Shown here: in pieces, positions 23,506 to 34,155 of the stretch
How the letters are laid out: each line of letters opens with the position of its first letter
How positions within the stretch are numbered: position 1 is the stretch's first letter
DNA from: an uncultured Armatimonadia bacterium
Lineage (GTDB): Bacteria > Armatimonadota > Zipacnadia > CAVVLO01
Length of the DNA: 64,000 nt
Assembly (NCBI GenBank): GCA_963749155.1
Contig: CAVVLO010000001.1
Span: 864,001-928,000, forward strand
Direction: 5' to 3'
The notes under the pieces: generated by a model
What the model saw: only the letters and a program-made list of their open reading frames with translations
Database searches by the model: none
What the model was told of the DNA's origin: nothing
Translations under genes and position numbers: made by a program

Positions 23506-25952
23506 GGGCGCGCCTGCCACTGCTTCCACAGGCGGGCCAGGTTGCGAGCTGACAGAGGCACATAGTCAGGGCCAAGCAACTCGCAGGTCTGCCTTGCGAC
23601 CGTCGGCGAGGTCGTCCAGCTTAGCGAATAGGCGTTGATGAAGAGCGGCCTCGTGCCAGCCTCATCGGCAGCCTTCTTGATGCTTGCGGCAAGTATGCGC
23701 GCCTCATCTGACACCTCGCTTGTCCGGGCGATTATCTCGGCACTGGTCGAATGGGGCTCCCAGCGGGTGAGGGTGTGCATCACTGCCGTCCCGCCTGGCA
23801 GGTTGAAATTTGCGCTAGCATAAGTAGTCGCATCGCTACGCCCGAGATCCGGCAGCAGCAACGTAAACTGCTTCGCATCTCGCGCATACTGGGCAAGTGG
23901 TCCGGCCTGGTCATAATCACTTGGCTCAGGCCAGCCGCCCATATGCAGCGCCACGCTGGTCATACCCATCCGCGCCGCATACTGGCCCGATATCCGGGCA
24001 AAGTGCCTGCGCGTTTCCTCCTGGTTGGCAAGCGCGTTGCCGTAATAGGGATACATCACATAACCGATGCCTCCGACCGCCGAGAGCAACTCATCGCCAG
24101 GGGGCAGGTTGGCTACATACCAGGAAGCGATTGCTGGCGCCAGGTCGAGGAAAGCCGGGTGAAGGACCAGGTAATCGGAGTTGCGCCAAGGTTCTCATCG
24201 TCCCACAGTGTACGCATGAATTTTTGCGGATACCAGGGGGCATCTCCCGCGTCCATAACATCGAAGCAGAAGTAGACTTTTGTCGAGTCCAGCGCCGGCA
24301 GCGGGCCAGGCGCAGGTTGCTTCAACTCGGTAGCTGGTACCCCAAGCCGGCTGAAGAAGGAGCTGTTGGTAAGGAAATCATTGCCCAGCATATATTTGCC
24401 ATAGCCATTGGCAAGCTGCTGACCCCAGTATTCCTGAAACCCTCGCGCCGGGTCGCCATATGCGTGCCAGCCTATAATTGGGATGCCGGCCGGGTAGCTC
24501 GCGTAGAGGTTGCGCGCGAACCGCAACTCGGCCAAAGGCTCTTCTCCCCATTGCCCACTGTCCAGCCAGAAGGGGAAGACCTTGTGCTGAACCAGATAAT
24601 CTACATACATATACGGCGCCTCGGGGAACCGCACGCACATAAGCTGGCGGGTGGCCTTCGGGAAGTACTGCTCGAAGCTCCACTGCTGCGCCTCGAAGCG
24701 CGATGTAAACTTGCCACGCAGGTCGAGTTTTACTGGCAGTCCGAACCGCAGGGCGACATCCTCATCGGCGGTCACCAGCACTTTGTCTTCCCAGGAGGCG
24801 CAGATAGCCGCATTGCGAGAGAGTTCATCTGCCAGCACGACTCCGGTAAAGCTTGCCTTGTACTTTTTTAGTGCCTCTTCAGGTGAGGCAAGTCGCGTGA
24901 AATGCTTGAAATACCTTCGCTTATAGCACCATTTGCGCCAGGTTTCGTCCTGGTCATCGAAGACGAGATAGAGCTGGGGCCCCTGACGGTTTAGCAACCC
25001 CTGCAGGCAGGCGAATAACCAGCGCACTTCCTGGCCCTCTCGGCGCAAGTCCAGCACGTCAATCATGCTGGGCTTGCTGAAACTGCAGGGCAACGCGGTC
25101 GGATAAGTCGAGACTTTGAGAGTCAGTGGTTTCGGCGCTGCAGGCATTGGAAGCTGGCGCTCTAGCGCGGCAAGCACTGAGGTATATTGAGTCTCATCAA
25201 GACTGCCGCGCTGCTTGAGCAGGTAGGCGACACCTTTCACGAGCGCGCGCTTGAGGGCGGTCGCAGGGCCAAGTTCGGTCGGGTCGAAGGCCAGATTGCC
25301 GCCTGCCCAGAAGTCCAGTGCCTGCCCGTCCGGATGTCTTACGAAGGCAAGGGGATAGGTAACCGCATCACCGCTCTGCCACTTGGCAACAGGCAACTCC
25401 GGAGCGCGCGCCCCCCACACCACCGAGTCCCAGCTCATAGGCAGCAAGACGTCGAGTTCGGCCTTTGAAAGGCCAAAGGGCGCGCCCTCGACCAGGCTTA
25501 CACTACCGCCCTTGACGGCTGCTGCCTGGCACTGGGTAAAGGGAGCTTGCTCCATCCCTGGCAATACCTGATGTCCTGTATCACGCCAATAGGGCTTGCC
25601 ATTCAGAACACTTTTCTCGACCTTGTGGGCAAGCGGCGTGCCCGTTGAGACAAGGCTTCCGCCCTTCTGCCAGAAGTCGGCGATAGCCAGGCCGGCAGAT
25701 TCAGGCCAGCAGGAGCCGTAAACCATCACCAGGATTTCAGTATCAGGCCTTGCGAGTTGAGCTGGCAGCTCTTCTACTGGGGCCAGGCGCACTGGAAGAC
25801 CCGCAGGCTTCGAAGTCGCGCCCCAGTTCCCAGGGGGAGAGCATCTGGTTCGCAAGAAAAGGCGGAAAACCCTTCTCTGCCATTATCACCACGCTAGCCT
25901 GGGTAGCATACGCAAGTCCAAACATGCAAATCAGGGCCACTAGCAGACGCAT
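23502..25952 (-). CDS. Secreted GxGYxYP-family putative glycoside hydrolase (frameshifts near 25800, 24160)
   Basis: Signal peptide MRLLVALICMFGL; CLQGLLNR, DYLV, MDAGD; restored frame reads LDLAPAIASWY...GGIGYVMYP. Confidence 0.75.
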
Positions 25953-26113
25953 CTGGGCCTCCAAATTCTCGCAGGGCGTGAAGGTACCTTGCACTTTATG
26001 TCTAACCTGTATCACGGCAAGCCCTCCCTGCGCAACCAGTTGAAGACCGACGCAGGCAACGGGTGAGGTGGACTGCTATGGGTCCTGTGCTCGAAGCTTT
26101 ACACTGGTATGGG

Positions 26114-27090
26114 ATGTTTCCGCGCTTCGATCCAGCGCGTGGAGAGTGCGTGCGAGAGCCGCTTGGCCAGGGGCCAGGCTGGTGGGCAGGCGCCCCCAGT
26201 TCTCTTTTCGACCCAGATACAGGACGCATCTATCTATACTACCGGTATCGTAAACCGCGCGAGCTGGGACGCGGAGCAGAGTGCCGTATCGCCGTCAGTA
26301 GCGACGGGCTGCACTTCGAGGATGTCTGGACCTGCGACAAATCCCAACTGGATTCCCCTTCGGTCGAGAAAGCCGCCTTGTGTATCACGCCCAGCGGCAA
26401 GCGCAGGCTTTATATCTCTTACATCGATCCCTGCAGACAACCGCTGGCGCATTGATATGATGGAAGCCGCCAGTTTTGAGGAACTGGATCCTGCCGAGAG
26501 GCGCCCTGCACTTACGGCCTCTGATGCAGGGGGAGAGGGCGTCAAAGACCCTTTCGTAATGAATGTCGGCGGGCTTTACTGGATGCTGGCAAGTTATGCT
26601 CCCAGCCCTGATACACCTCAGAGCCGAGAAGCAATGCATTCGACCGCGGATGTCTACAACACGGGGCTTGTGAAGTCATCCACTGGTTATGCCATCAGCG
26701 CTGATGGTCTCGAATGGGAATGGCAAGGAGACATATTCTCGCCCTCTGAAAAAGGGTGGGACGCTTACTGCGCCAGGCTGGGCTCAGTCATCTTGGAGCC
26801 GCCTCTCTTCGTCGGTTTCTACGATGGCAGTGCCTGTGTCGAAGAGAACTACGAAGAGAAAGCCGGCCTTGCGGTCAGCTTTGATCTGACGAGATGGCAC
26901 AGGCTCACTCCCAAGGGCCCTTTTGTCACCTCACCATATGCCTCGCATTCGATCCGGTATGTGGATGCCCTCAAACTGCCCGGACCAGTATTTTTTCTAT
27001 TATGAATATGCCAGGCCTGATGGCTCTCACGAACTCCGGATGAACCTGGTCTCGTACCGTGATGAAGAAGAAGCGCGCGAAGACGACTAG
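26114..27090 (+). CDS. Putative five-bladed beta-propeller glycosidase-like protein (frameshifts near 26430, 26995)
   Basis: GWWAGAP, YLYYRYR, KDPFV, WDAYCAR, IRYVD; restored C-terminus YYEYARPDGSHELRMN. Confidence 0.6.
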
Positions 27091-27159
27091 CGGCTGACTT
27101 GCCCGCCTGCAGGGCGCTGGGGCATAATGCGCCTAATCAAGGCTGTAGGAGCAAGTGGA

Positions 27160-27540
27160 ATGGAGTATTCCCCCCGAGTGCTTGAGCTGCTCGAGCACCC
27201 AGTCAATGCAGGCGAGTTGCCGAACGCCGATGCTACCGGCGTTGCGGGCAATGTCGAGGGCAGCGAGCAATGTATTATCCAGCTGCGTATCGAAAACGAT
27301 GTCATAGTGGCAACTGGTTTCCTGTGCAAGGGCTGTCCTGGCGCAATCGCTTCCACCTCGGCTGCGGCCTCACTTGCCGTTGGGAAGTCGCTGGATGAAG
27401 CTGACGAGCTAACTGAAGAGGCCATCATCGAATATCTTGGGGGCCTGCCCGAGGAGAAACAACACTGCGCTTCGCACGCGGTCGAAGCTTTACGGGCAGC
27501 TATCTGGGATTACGTCTTTACGACGAAGGAAAGAGACTAA
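27160..27540 (+). CDS. IscU/NifU-like Fe-S scaffold protein, atypical ligand set
   Basis: YSPRV...P.NAGEL, GC.GAIAS, LGGLPEEKQHC. The first conserved Cys (CGD motif) is absent. Confidence 0.85.
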   Translation: MEYSPRVLELLEHPVNAGELPNADATGVAGNVEGSEQCIIQLRIENDVIVATGFLCKGCPGAIASTSAAASLAVGKSLDEADELTEEAIIEYLGGLPEEKQHCASHAVEALRAAIWDYVFTTKERD

Positions 27541-27555
27541 CTGGAAGCCAAAGCA

Positions 27556-27588
27556 AGACCCTCCGTCGATTGCTCGAACGGAGGGTCT
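27556..27588. terminator. Hairpin between convergent units (probable bidirectional terminator)
   Basis: AGACCCTCCGT-N11-ACGGAGGGTCT, perfect 11-bp stem. Confidence 0.7.
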
Positions 27589-27628
27589 AGGTCATCTCCA
27601 TAGCTGTAGTGCCAGTATCATCGCTCAT
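27587..27628 (-). CDS. Candidate 13-aa microprotein MSDDTGTTAMEMT
   Basis: GGAGGTGA Shine-Dalgarno with 8-nt spacing after GGAGG, directly after the upstream stop; its own stop abuts the terminator stem. Confidence 0.3.
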   Translation of the reverse strand: MSDDTGTTAMEMT

Positions 27629-27641
27629 CTGCATCACCTCC

Positions 27642-27812
27642 TCAGGCGACCTTCACTGACTGCGGTTTGGAGACTTTGGATTTTCGACTTGGCAGCCGCT
27701 TCAGTTTGCGCGGCACTCGTTCCTCAACCGGGCCCTGCAACTCTTCCACGCAGAAGACGCCAAAGCCTTCGGCATCGCGCCAGAGGCGCGCTCCACAATT
27801 TTCACAGGCCAT
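27642..27812 (-). CDS. 56-aa small protein with CxxC motif and basic tail
   Basis: TAAGGAGGTGA RBS; MACENCGARLWRDAEGFGVFCVEELQGPVEERVPRKLKRLPSRKSKVSKPQSVKVA*. Absent from the ORF track. Confidence 0.6.
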   Translation of the reverse strand: MACENCGARLWRDAEGFGVFCVEELQGPVEERVPRKLKRLPSRKSKVSKPQSVKVA

Positions 27813-27853
27813 TCTTATCACCTCCTTACAAGGGGGAGGGGGGCGGGCCCCCC

Positions 27854-29068
27854 TTAGAGTTCCTCTTCGGCACCTACAGGCTTCAACTTTAGCGGGCTGA
27901 ACTTGTAACCTGTCTCAGGGCCAGGCAAAGGGGCTACCGGCTGGGTAACGGCAAAGCTACCGGCCAAGATGCGCTGCTTCAGTTCCTCGGCCACTTCACG
28001 TGCCATTGACAGGCTGGAAAGCGGGAAAGACGCCACTTTCTTGCCACCAACTTCTATCTCGCCACGCCTGAGGTCTGCATACGATACATGGCCAAGCACG
28101 CCTCCCTCGAAATTGGGATAGGCCAGTCCGTAGTCAACAACAGGCGCGAATATCTGGTCATTGGTCACAGCACAGCTTGCCGCGATGTCCTCATCCAGTA
28201 CCGGGATGGGCACCCCGAGGCCAAGGGTCAGACTGCACCCGTAGCCCAGATAGCTGGCGCCTCGCACGTAGCGCGGGTTCATCTGCTTGAGATCGCCGAT
28301 AACTGCCAGAGTGCCAGAACCGCCTTTCGGCACGCCTTCTTCAGTGCGCTCGGTACCTGGATTGTGCTGGGTCCCATGCCAGATAACATAACCTTCGGCC
28401 CCACCCAGAAAAATGCGACTGCCAACCCCTATGGTCCGGTAATACGGATCCTTGAGCAGGGGTGAAAGTTCTCCGGCGCTGCTGAAGGTGGCGTTACCGG
28501 CCTTCGGTCTTAAGGTGCCCATATAGGTGTAGATGGTCTTCTCGCTCAGGTTCACGGCTACGTTGTAGTTTTGATAAGCGTTGCGCGGATTCAACAGCAA
28601 GGCCTCATTGAGATCGCGCAGGTTGACCAGCGTCAGCAAATCGCGTTTGGGGTAGCAATCGGTGCCGTAGGCCTCGGCTTTGAGCAGCACATCCTGCCCC
28701 TTCACCAGGTCTTCGATAACGTGCCCCCCGCCATACCGGAACTCTCCGGGATGGATGCGATTGAGCGGGTCGTCCTCGCGCGGCTCGGTAACGCCGATAT
28801 AAAGGTCTACCGCGGCCAGGCCAGCATAAGCCGGCACGCCATTTAGCCAGGCCTTCGATATCTTCATCCTTGGTTTGGTGTGCCCGACATTGAGCAAGGC
28901 GCCCGAGGAACACATCGTACCGAAAGTGCCTGTCGTTACAACGTCAACTTTTGCGGCGGCTGACTTCACGCCATGCTCCTGGCTGTATTCTATGAACTCC
29001 TCGGCGGTGAAGACGACCGCTTCGCCACTTTTGATTTTCGCGTTGATCTCTTCAAGAGTCTTTGCCAT
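27854..29068 (-). CDS. Homocysteine biosynthesis protein (DUF39/HcyBio, L-aspartate semialdehyde sulfurtransferase-like, no CBS domains)
   Basis: KTLEEINAKI, VDVVTTGTFGTMCSSGA, YGGGHVIEDL, GTDCYP, NPRNAYQNY. Confidence 0.9.
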   Translation of the reverse strand: MAKTLEEINAKIKSGEAVVFTAEEFIEYSQEHGVKSAAAKVDVVTTGTFGTMCSSGALLNVGHTKPRMKISKAWLNGVPAYAGLAAVDLYIGVTEPREDDPLNRIHPGEFRYGGGHVIEDLVKGQDVLLKAEAYGTDCYPKRDLLTLVNLRDLNEALLLNPRNAYQNYNVAVNLSEKTIYTYMGTLRPKAGNATFSSAGELSPLLKDPYYRTIGVGSRIFLGGAEGYVIWHGTQHNPGTERTEEGVPKGGSGTLAVIGDLKQMNPRYVRGASYLGYGCSLTLGLGVPIPVLDEDIAASCAVTNDQIFAPVVDYGLAYPNFEGGVLGHVSYADLRRGEIEVGGKKVASFPLSSLSMAREVAEELKQRILAGSFAVTQPVAPLPGPETGYKFSPLKLKPVGAEEEL

Positions 29069-29129
29069 TAGTTTTCTCCTCTTTCAACTCGGACCTGGTC
29101 TTGCGGATTGGTCTCCTCGGTGGGCAAAT

Positions 29130-29154
29130 AAAAAAACCGCCCGAGTTGGGCGGC
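29130..29154 (-). terminator. Rho-independent terminator
   Basis: Minus strand CCGCCC-AACTC-GGGCGG followed by T7. Confidence 0.75.
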
Positions 29155-29177
29155 TTGTTGTTCCCTGTAGCTCGCTG

Positions 29178-29507
29178 CTACTTTAGAGCTTTCCTCAGTG
29201 CCAGTTTGCCTGCTTCTGCCAGCAACTCGACCATCGGATCACTCTGTTTGCCGCCCTTTCGGATTATGATTTCAGTACGCCTCGGCTTGCGAGTTCGCCG
29301 GGCGTACATAAGCATGCCCATACCGAACACCCCGAGCAGCGCGCCTGCGAGCACGGTTGGCTTGCTTGCGCTTTCGACCAGCCGTGTGCCACCCTTCAGC
29401 ACCTTGTCAGCCTGACCCGTCGCCTTTGAACTAAGGGCGTCGAGTGAGCTGCCAAGCCTGTCCAGGGCCTGCTCTTTCGCCGGGTTGTCAGTCTTCGTCT
29501 TGCTCAT
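29178..29507 (-). CDS. Hypothetical single-TM protein
   Basis: ORF from MSKTKTD with one hydrophobic segment and a basic tail; overlaps the upstream gene. Confidence 0.6.
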   Translation of the reverse strand: MSKTKTDNPAKEQALDRLGSSLDALSSKATGQADKVLKGGTRLVESASKPTVLAGALLGVFGMGMLMYARRTRKPRRTEIIIRKGGKQSDPMVELLAEAGKLALRKALK

Positions 29508-29874
29508 CGGTTTCCGTCGCATCTCGTGATGGCTTCTTTTTGAATACCACCTTGAGGATGATAACACCAACGATAATACAGATTGCTCCCACTATTGCAA
29601 GGGCCCCCGCGTAAGAATCCAGCAACGCGGCCAGTGCGAGGAAGCCTGCTACCACAAGACAGGTCGCCGCAAGCACGAACAGATTGGCGGCGATCGCAAG
29701 CCCGATACAGCCTTTCTTCAGCTTTGAGAAAGGCTCCCAGACCACTCCGCCCCATTCTTTGACGTGCGTTTTGATAACTTCGCCCAGCGCGGAAAAAAGC
29801 TCTTTCACCAGCGCGCCATATGAGCGGTCTTCAGTTGGCTGGTCTTGCCCAGATTGGTGCTCCGAGTCCGGCAT
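29488..29874 (-). CDS. Holin-X/YqjE-like two-TM membrane protein
   Basis: DRSYGALVKEL N-terminus and two TM helices; AGGAGG RBS and TGCTATAAT extended -10 upstream. Confidence 0.65.
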   Translation of the reverse strand: MPDSEHQSGQDQPTEDRSYGALVKELFSALGEVIKTHVKEWGGVVWEPFSKLKKGCIGLAIAANLFVLAATCLVVAGFLALAALLDSYAGALAIVGAICIIVGVIILKVVFKKKPSRDATETDEQDED

Positions 29875-29917
29875 CAGGGCCTCCTACAAACCTCTTGCGG
29901 GCCTTATTATAGCAGGT

Positions 29918-32246
29918 TTAACTCAGGTGGGGCGCGGCGTTAACCCCTGCAGGCTCTTCCAGTCCCAGCAGCAGGTCGGCTAGCAGTATAGCGCCCGCTT
30001 TGTCCAAAGGCTGATTGCCGCTGCCGCACTGAGGCGAATAGATACAGGCTGGGCAGCCCTCATCACAGGGACATTCAGCGATATGTTGACGAGTTGCCGC
30101 AAGCACTTGTTCGAACTGCTCGGCCAGCTCCTCGGACAGGCCCGAACCGCCCGGGTAAGCATCATAAACAAAAAGTCCTGCTTCTCCTGCAAGCTGAGGA
30201 TGGGCAAGCGAAGATGCGCCTTCCAGATCGAAAGGTTCGCAGGAGACAAAAGCCGGAGAGAGGGCAATGAGAGCGTGTTCCAGCGCGTGAAGCGCGCCCA
30301 GTGGGTCACATCCGCGCTCTGCCAGCCTGGCCAGGTGCGGCTTGGGGACAGAAAACCACAACCCAAAAGTTTCATATTCGCTCGGGGGCAGTTCGAGGGG
30401 AAGCGTCTCAAGCACGCTATGGTCGGCCGCGCGCAGCTTGCTGTAGCCGACTACCTGACCGCGCACCACCAGCTCTCCAAAAGCCAGCCGAGTCAGGCCA
30501 ATCTCCCAGGAAGCCTCCTCGGCCAGTATCTCGGTCTCTGTGCGAGTCATCGCGCGCGTGAAGAAGCTGACGTCATCCTGCCTGACATAAGCGGTGCGGC
30601 GCTCGAAATCCAGCTTGAGCACCACATGGGAGACCCCTTGATGCAGATAGACGGCGCCTTCATGCAGGAAGAGAGACGCCATCGCGGCATCTACCGTGCC
30701 CATAAGCTGGCCCTTCTCGTCATGGATCTCAAAGGCTTGTCCTGAGGCCGAACGCAGATTGACCTCGGCGGCGGGGCTTTCGAGCCCTGTCCAGTACCAT
30801 TCCTTGCGTTCAGGCTTGGCGGAGAGATAGCCAGCCTCGGCCAGCACATCGGCCAGTGCTTCGGCGGTAGGCCCGAAAAGGGGCAAGTCCTGTTCGCGCA
30901 GAGGCACCTCGTGGGCCGCGCACAAGAGATGCGCCGCCAGCACAAACCGGTTGTGCGGATTCACCACGGCTCGTTCGGTGGGGGAAGAGAGCAAAGCCTC
31001 TGGGCGCTTCAGATAATACTGGTCAAGTGGCCCACCTGCCGCCATTAGCACTCCGAGCGCCTCTCGGGCGCCTCTGCCCGCCCTGCCAAACTGCTGCCAG
31101 AAGCTCGCCAGCGACCCCGGGAAACCAAGCAAGCAGCGCCGCATCCAGCCCGCCAACGTCGATCCCGACCTCAAGCGCGCTAGTGCTTACAACTGACAGC
31201 AATTCGCCATCGAAGAGTTGCTGTTCTATCTCCCGGCGCTCTTCGGGCAAATAGCCAGAGCGATAGGGGCGTATCTGTTTGGCCAGGCTGCGCGTCTTGC
31301 GATCCTGCCTGGTGGCTTCTTTGATACTGCGCAAGAGCAACTCGACCAGCACCCGCGCCTGGCAGAAGGTGATACTGCGCAACTCATCCTGCATAAGCTC
31401 CAGCACCAGATCGCGCGCTTCGGCCAGATAGTTGCGTCTCATCAGCCCGTCGGCCCGTTTCATCAACCTGGGATTCCAAAAAAGCAGTGTCCGCTCTCCA
31501 GCCGGAGAGCCGTCCTGTTCTATCAACTCCACTGACTCGCCCAGCAAGCCTTCAATCAGCTCTCGGGCATTGGCGACTGTGGCCGAGCAAAATACAAAAG
31601 TCGGCGAGGCACCGTGATATTCTGCAACACGCCGCAGTCTTCGTATTACATTGGCTACGTGAGAGCCAAATAGTCCTCGGTATTGGTGCACTTCATCGAA
31701 GACGACATATTTCAGATGGCTGAACAGACTCGTCCAGAGCGTGTGGTTGGGCAGGATGCCCAGGTGCAACATATCGGGATTCGTCAAGATGACAGGGGCT
31801 TGTGCCCGCAGGTCTCGCCGGTCCTGTCGAGGCGTGTCACCATCATAAGTTGCGGCGTGCAGGAAGAGTTCGGCTTCAAGCTCGCGCAGTTTGCGAAGTT
31901 GATCCTGGGCCAGAGCTTTGGTGGGGAAGACATATAAAGCGCGGCTGGTGCGCTGGCGCTCGAAAGCTTCCAGCACCGCCAGGTTGTAGCACAAGGTCTT
32001 GCCACTTGCCGTAGAAGTGACGATTCCCGTGTTACGGCCGGGAAGCAAGTGAGAGACCGCCTCCGCCTGGTGGGAATAAAGCTGCTGGATGCCAAGCCCC
32101 TTCAGCACTTGCTGGACGCGCGGGCTAAGCAGGTCTGGCACCTCCGCGAAATGCGCTTCTCGGGCTGGCAAGGTGGCCGTATGCTCGATGCGACTGGCCC
32201 AGACTTTATCCTTCTGGAGTTTGGCGGCAACCTCGGAGGCAGTCAT
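29918..32246 (-). CDS. DEAD/DEAH helicase with DUF1998 (MrfA/YprA/Hrq1-like; frameshift near 31135)
   Basis: LYSHQ, TASGKT, PTKALAQDQ, DEVH, SAT, QQFGRAGR, HALEH, YDAYPGGSG, CPCDEGCPAC. Confidence 0.92.
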
Positions 32247-32881
32247 CGGGGCCGGTCACTCCCAGGCCGATTGCGTATCTGTCCCACCATCGGTACGAAA
32301 GCGCAGGCCAGCACCGACTCGATGGAATCGCCCCCCGCGTGGTGGGTCAGCACCAGTAATTGCTGATGGCCGTATGGTTGATCGATCGGCACGACCAGCC
32401 GTCTGCCTTCGGCGAGTTGGGCGACCAGAGGCTCTGGTATCCTTGGCGCCCCGCAGGTGACGATAATACCATCGAAAGGCGCCTCCTCTGGCCAGCCTTC
32501 ATAACCATCACGTACACTTACATGGACGTCGGAATAGCCAAGTGAGGCCAGCAAGGCGCTGGCTTTTTCTGCAAGCGCTGGGATAACTTCAATCGTATAC
32601 ACTTCAGCGCCCATCTCGGCCAGTATTGCCGCCTGGTAACCCGAGCCGGTGCCAATCTCCAGCACTCTTGAGTGCTTTGGCAGCGCAAGCGCCTGGCTCA
32701 TAATCGCCACCATAAAGGGCTGCGAGATAGTCTGGCCCTCGCCCAGAGGCAACGCCCGGTCTTCCCAGGCCTCTGCCTGATGCTCCAGAGGCACGAAAAG
32801 ACTCCTGTCCACCCGCTTCATCGCTTCGATGACCTGCGGATCGCTGACTTCTCGCCATTTCCAGTGAGGTTCGTTAGTCAT
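32243..32881 (-). CDS. pcm: Protein-L-isoaspartate O-methyltransferase
   Basis: GQTISQP, VLEIGTGSGYQAA, GWPEEAPFDGI, FVPM. Start may be 32926. Confidence 0.95.
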   Translation of the reverse strand: MTNEPHWKWREVSDPQVIEAMKRVDRSLFVPLEHQAEAWEDRALPLGEGQTISQPFMVAIMSQALALPKHSRVLEIGTGSGYQAAILAEMGAEVYTIEVIPALAEKASALLASLGYSDVHVSVRDGYEGWPEEAPFDGIIVTCGAPRIPEPLVAQLAEGRRLVVPIDQPYGHQQLLVLTHHAGGDSIESVLACAFVPMVGQIRNRPGSDRPR

Positions 32882-33087
32882 TGTTTTCAATATAGCACTT
32901 GCCTGTGACTTATCCGAAATATGCACTCTTCCGCAGGGGAAGAGCTGATGCCAGATACTCCAGACTCCCCGAGGTTTCTTCCCTTGGTATTAAAAGCAAC
33001 TGGAGGTTAGATTTGGCAGGAAGCCTTTGTGCAAAGGCGAAAAGGTCACCAGGCCTTTGGCCTCGAAACCACTCTGAGGTGACGTAG

Positions 33088-34002
33088 ATGATTTCCCTTC
33101 CCAAGCGCCCCATATGTTATATGCTCGGATTCGTGGCTTTGTCACTTCTGCTGGCTCTCTTCCTGGCAGGCTGTGGAGGGGCGGGTGGTTCGTCACTCGA
33201 CCTCGTCGGCAAGATTACCTACAGAAGTTATGCGGACAGCAACTATGAGATTTTCGTGATAAACCCCGATGGGTCTGAAGAGACCCGGATTACTTTTAAT
33301 GCTGTACTCGAGGACTTCCCAAGTTGGTCACCTGACGGCAGCCAGATCGTCTTTACAAGTATGCGTAATGGCAATGAGGAGCTCTATGTGATGGAGGCCA
33401 ATGGAGATTACCCAACACGCCTGACCAACAACTCCTCCCATGAAGAGTATCCATGCTGGTCGCCTGACGGCACCAAGATTGCCTTCACAAGCGATAGAGA
33501 CGGCAATACAGAAATCTATGTGATGGACGCTGATGGAGATAACCAGACGCGCCTGACCAATAACTCCGAATATGACATCTGCCCAAGCTGGTCCCCTGAT
33601 GGCAGCCGGATAGTCTTCGAGAGCAACCGCGATGGCAATCCGGAAGTTTATGTTATGGATGCCGATGGAACTGACCAGACCAACCTTTCGAACGACTCTG
33701 ACTATGACCGAGATCCTGGCTGGTCGCCTGACGGCAACAAGATCGCTTTCACCAGCAGTCGTGAAGGCACCTATGCTATCTATGTGATGGATACCGATGG
33801 TAGCAATCAGACTCAACTGACCGAAACTACCTCTGGTAACTACGCTCCAAGCTGGTCGCCTGACGGCAATCTCGTCTTCGCAAGCTGGCGCGATGGCAAC
33901 TATGAGATCTACGTGATGAACTCCAACGGCGATAACCAGACCCGCGTGACGAATAACCTCGTTGACGACCTCAATCCCAACTGGGGACCTGCCTTCGAAT
34001 AA
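33088..34002 (+). CDS. TolB-like PD40 beta-propeller lipoprotein
   Basis: Lipobox LAGC; 44-aa repeats with WSPDG and EIYVMDADG. Confidence 0.9.
   Translation: MISLPKRPICYMLGFVALSLLLALFLAGCGGAGGSSLDLVGKITYRSYADSNYEIFVINPDGSEETRITFNAVLEDFPSWSPDGSQIVFTSMRNGNEELYVMEANGDYPTRLTNNSSHEEYPCWSPDGTKIAFTSDRDGNTEIYVMDADGDNQTRLTNNSEYDICPSWSPDGSRIVFESNRDGNPEVYVMDADGTDQTNLSNDSDYDRDPGWSPDGNKIAFTSSREGTYAIYVMDTDGSNQTQLTETTSGNYAPSWSPDGNLVFASWRDGNYEIYVMNSNGDNQTRVTNNLVDDLNPNWGPAFE
33325..33867 (+). repeat. Intragenic 132-bp-period repeat (PD40 blades)
   Basis: TGGTC(A/G/C)CCTGA(C/T)GGC at 33325, 33457, 33589, 33721 and 33853. Confidence 0.85.
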
Positions 34003-34012
34003 CAGGAAATCT

Positions 34013-34040
34013 GGGGGCGAGCCTTGCTCGCCCCCTTCTT
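34013..34040 (+). terminator. Probable terminator
   Basis: GGGGGCGAGC-CTT-GCTCGCCCCC followed by TTCTT. Confidence 0.7.
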
Positions 34041-34155
34041 GCCCCGTTTCTACTCTTGAACCCCTTCTGCGCAAACCTGAAGCTGTTATCAGGTTGCCTT
34101 TTCTCGTCAGCGGGGCTATAACCTGCTTATATTCACCTTGAGGTGGTGAGCCGCA

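Noticed and set aside
27832..27847. G-run as a G-quadruplex regulator
   Set aside because: It lies on the non-coding strand of the local genes and is explained by hairpin or anti-SD pairing; homopolymer lengths are unreliable in this assembly.
29069..29177. SAM riboswitch upstream of the homocysteine-biosynthesis gene
   Set aside because: The spacer is short, holds only the upstream terminator, and has no SAM-I core (ATC...GAG...GAT) arrangement.
29178..29874. Holin-like gene as a prophage marker
   Set aside because: Holin-X/YqjE-like proteins are common chromosomal genes, and no endolysin, integrase or structural genes are nearby.
33325..33867. Regularly spaced 15-nt repeats resembling a CRISPR array
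   Set aside because: The period is 132 nt and in frame, the intervening sequences are homologous and encode PD40 blades, and there are no cas genes.
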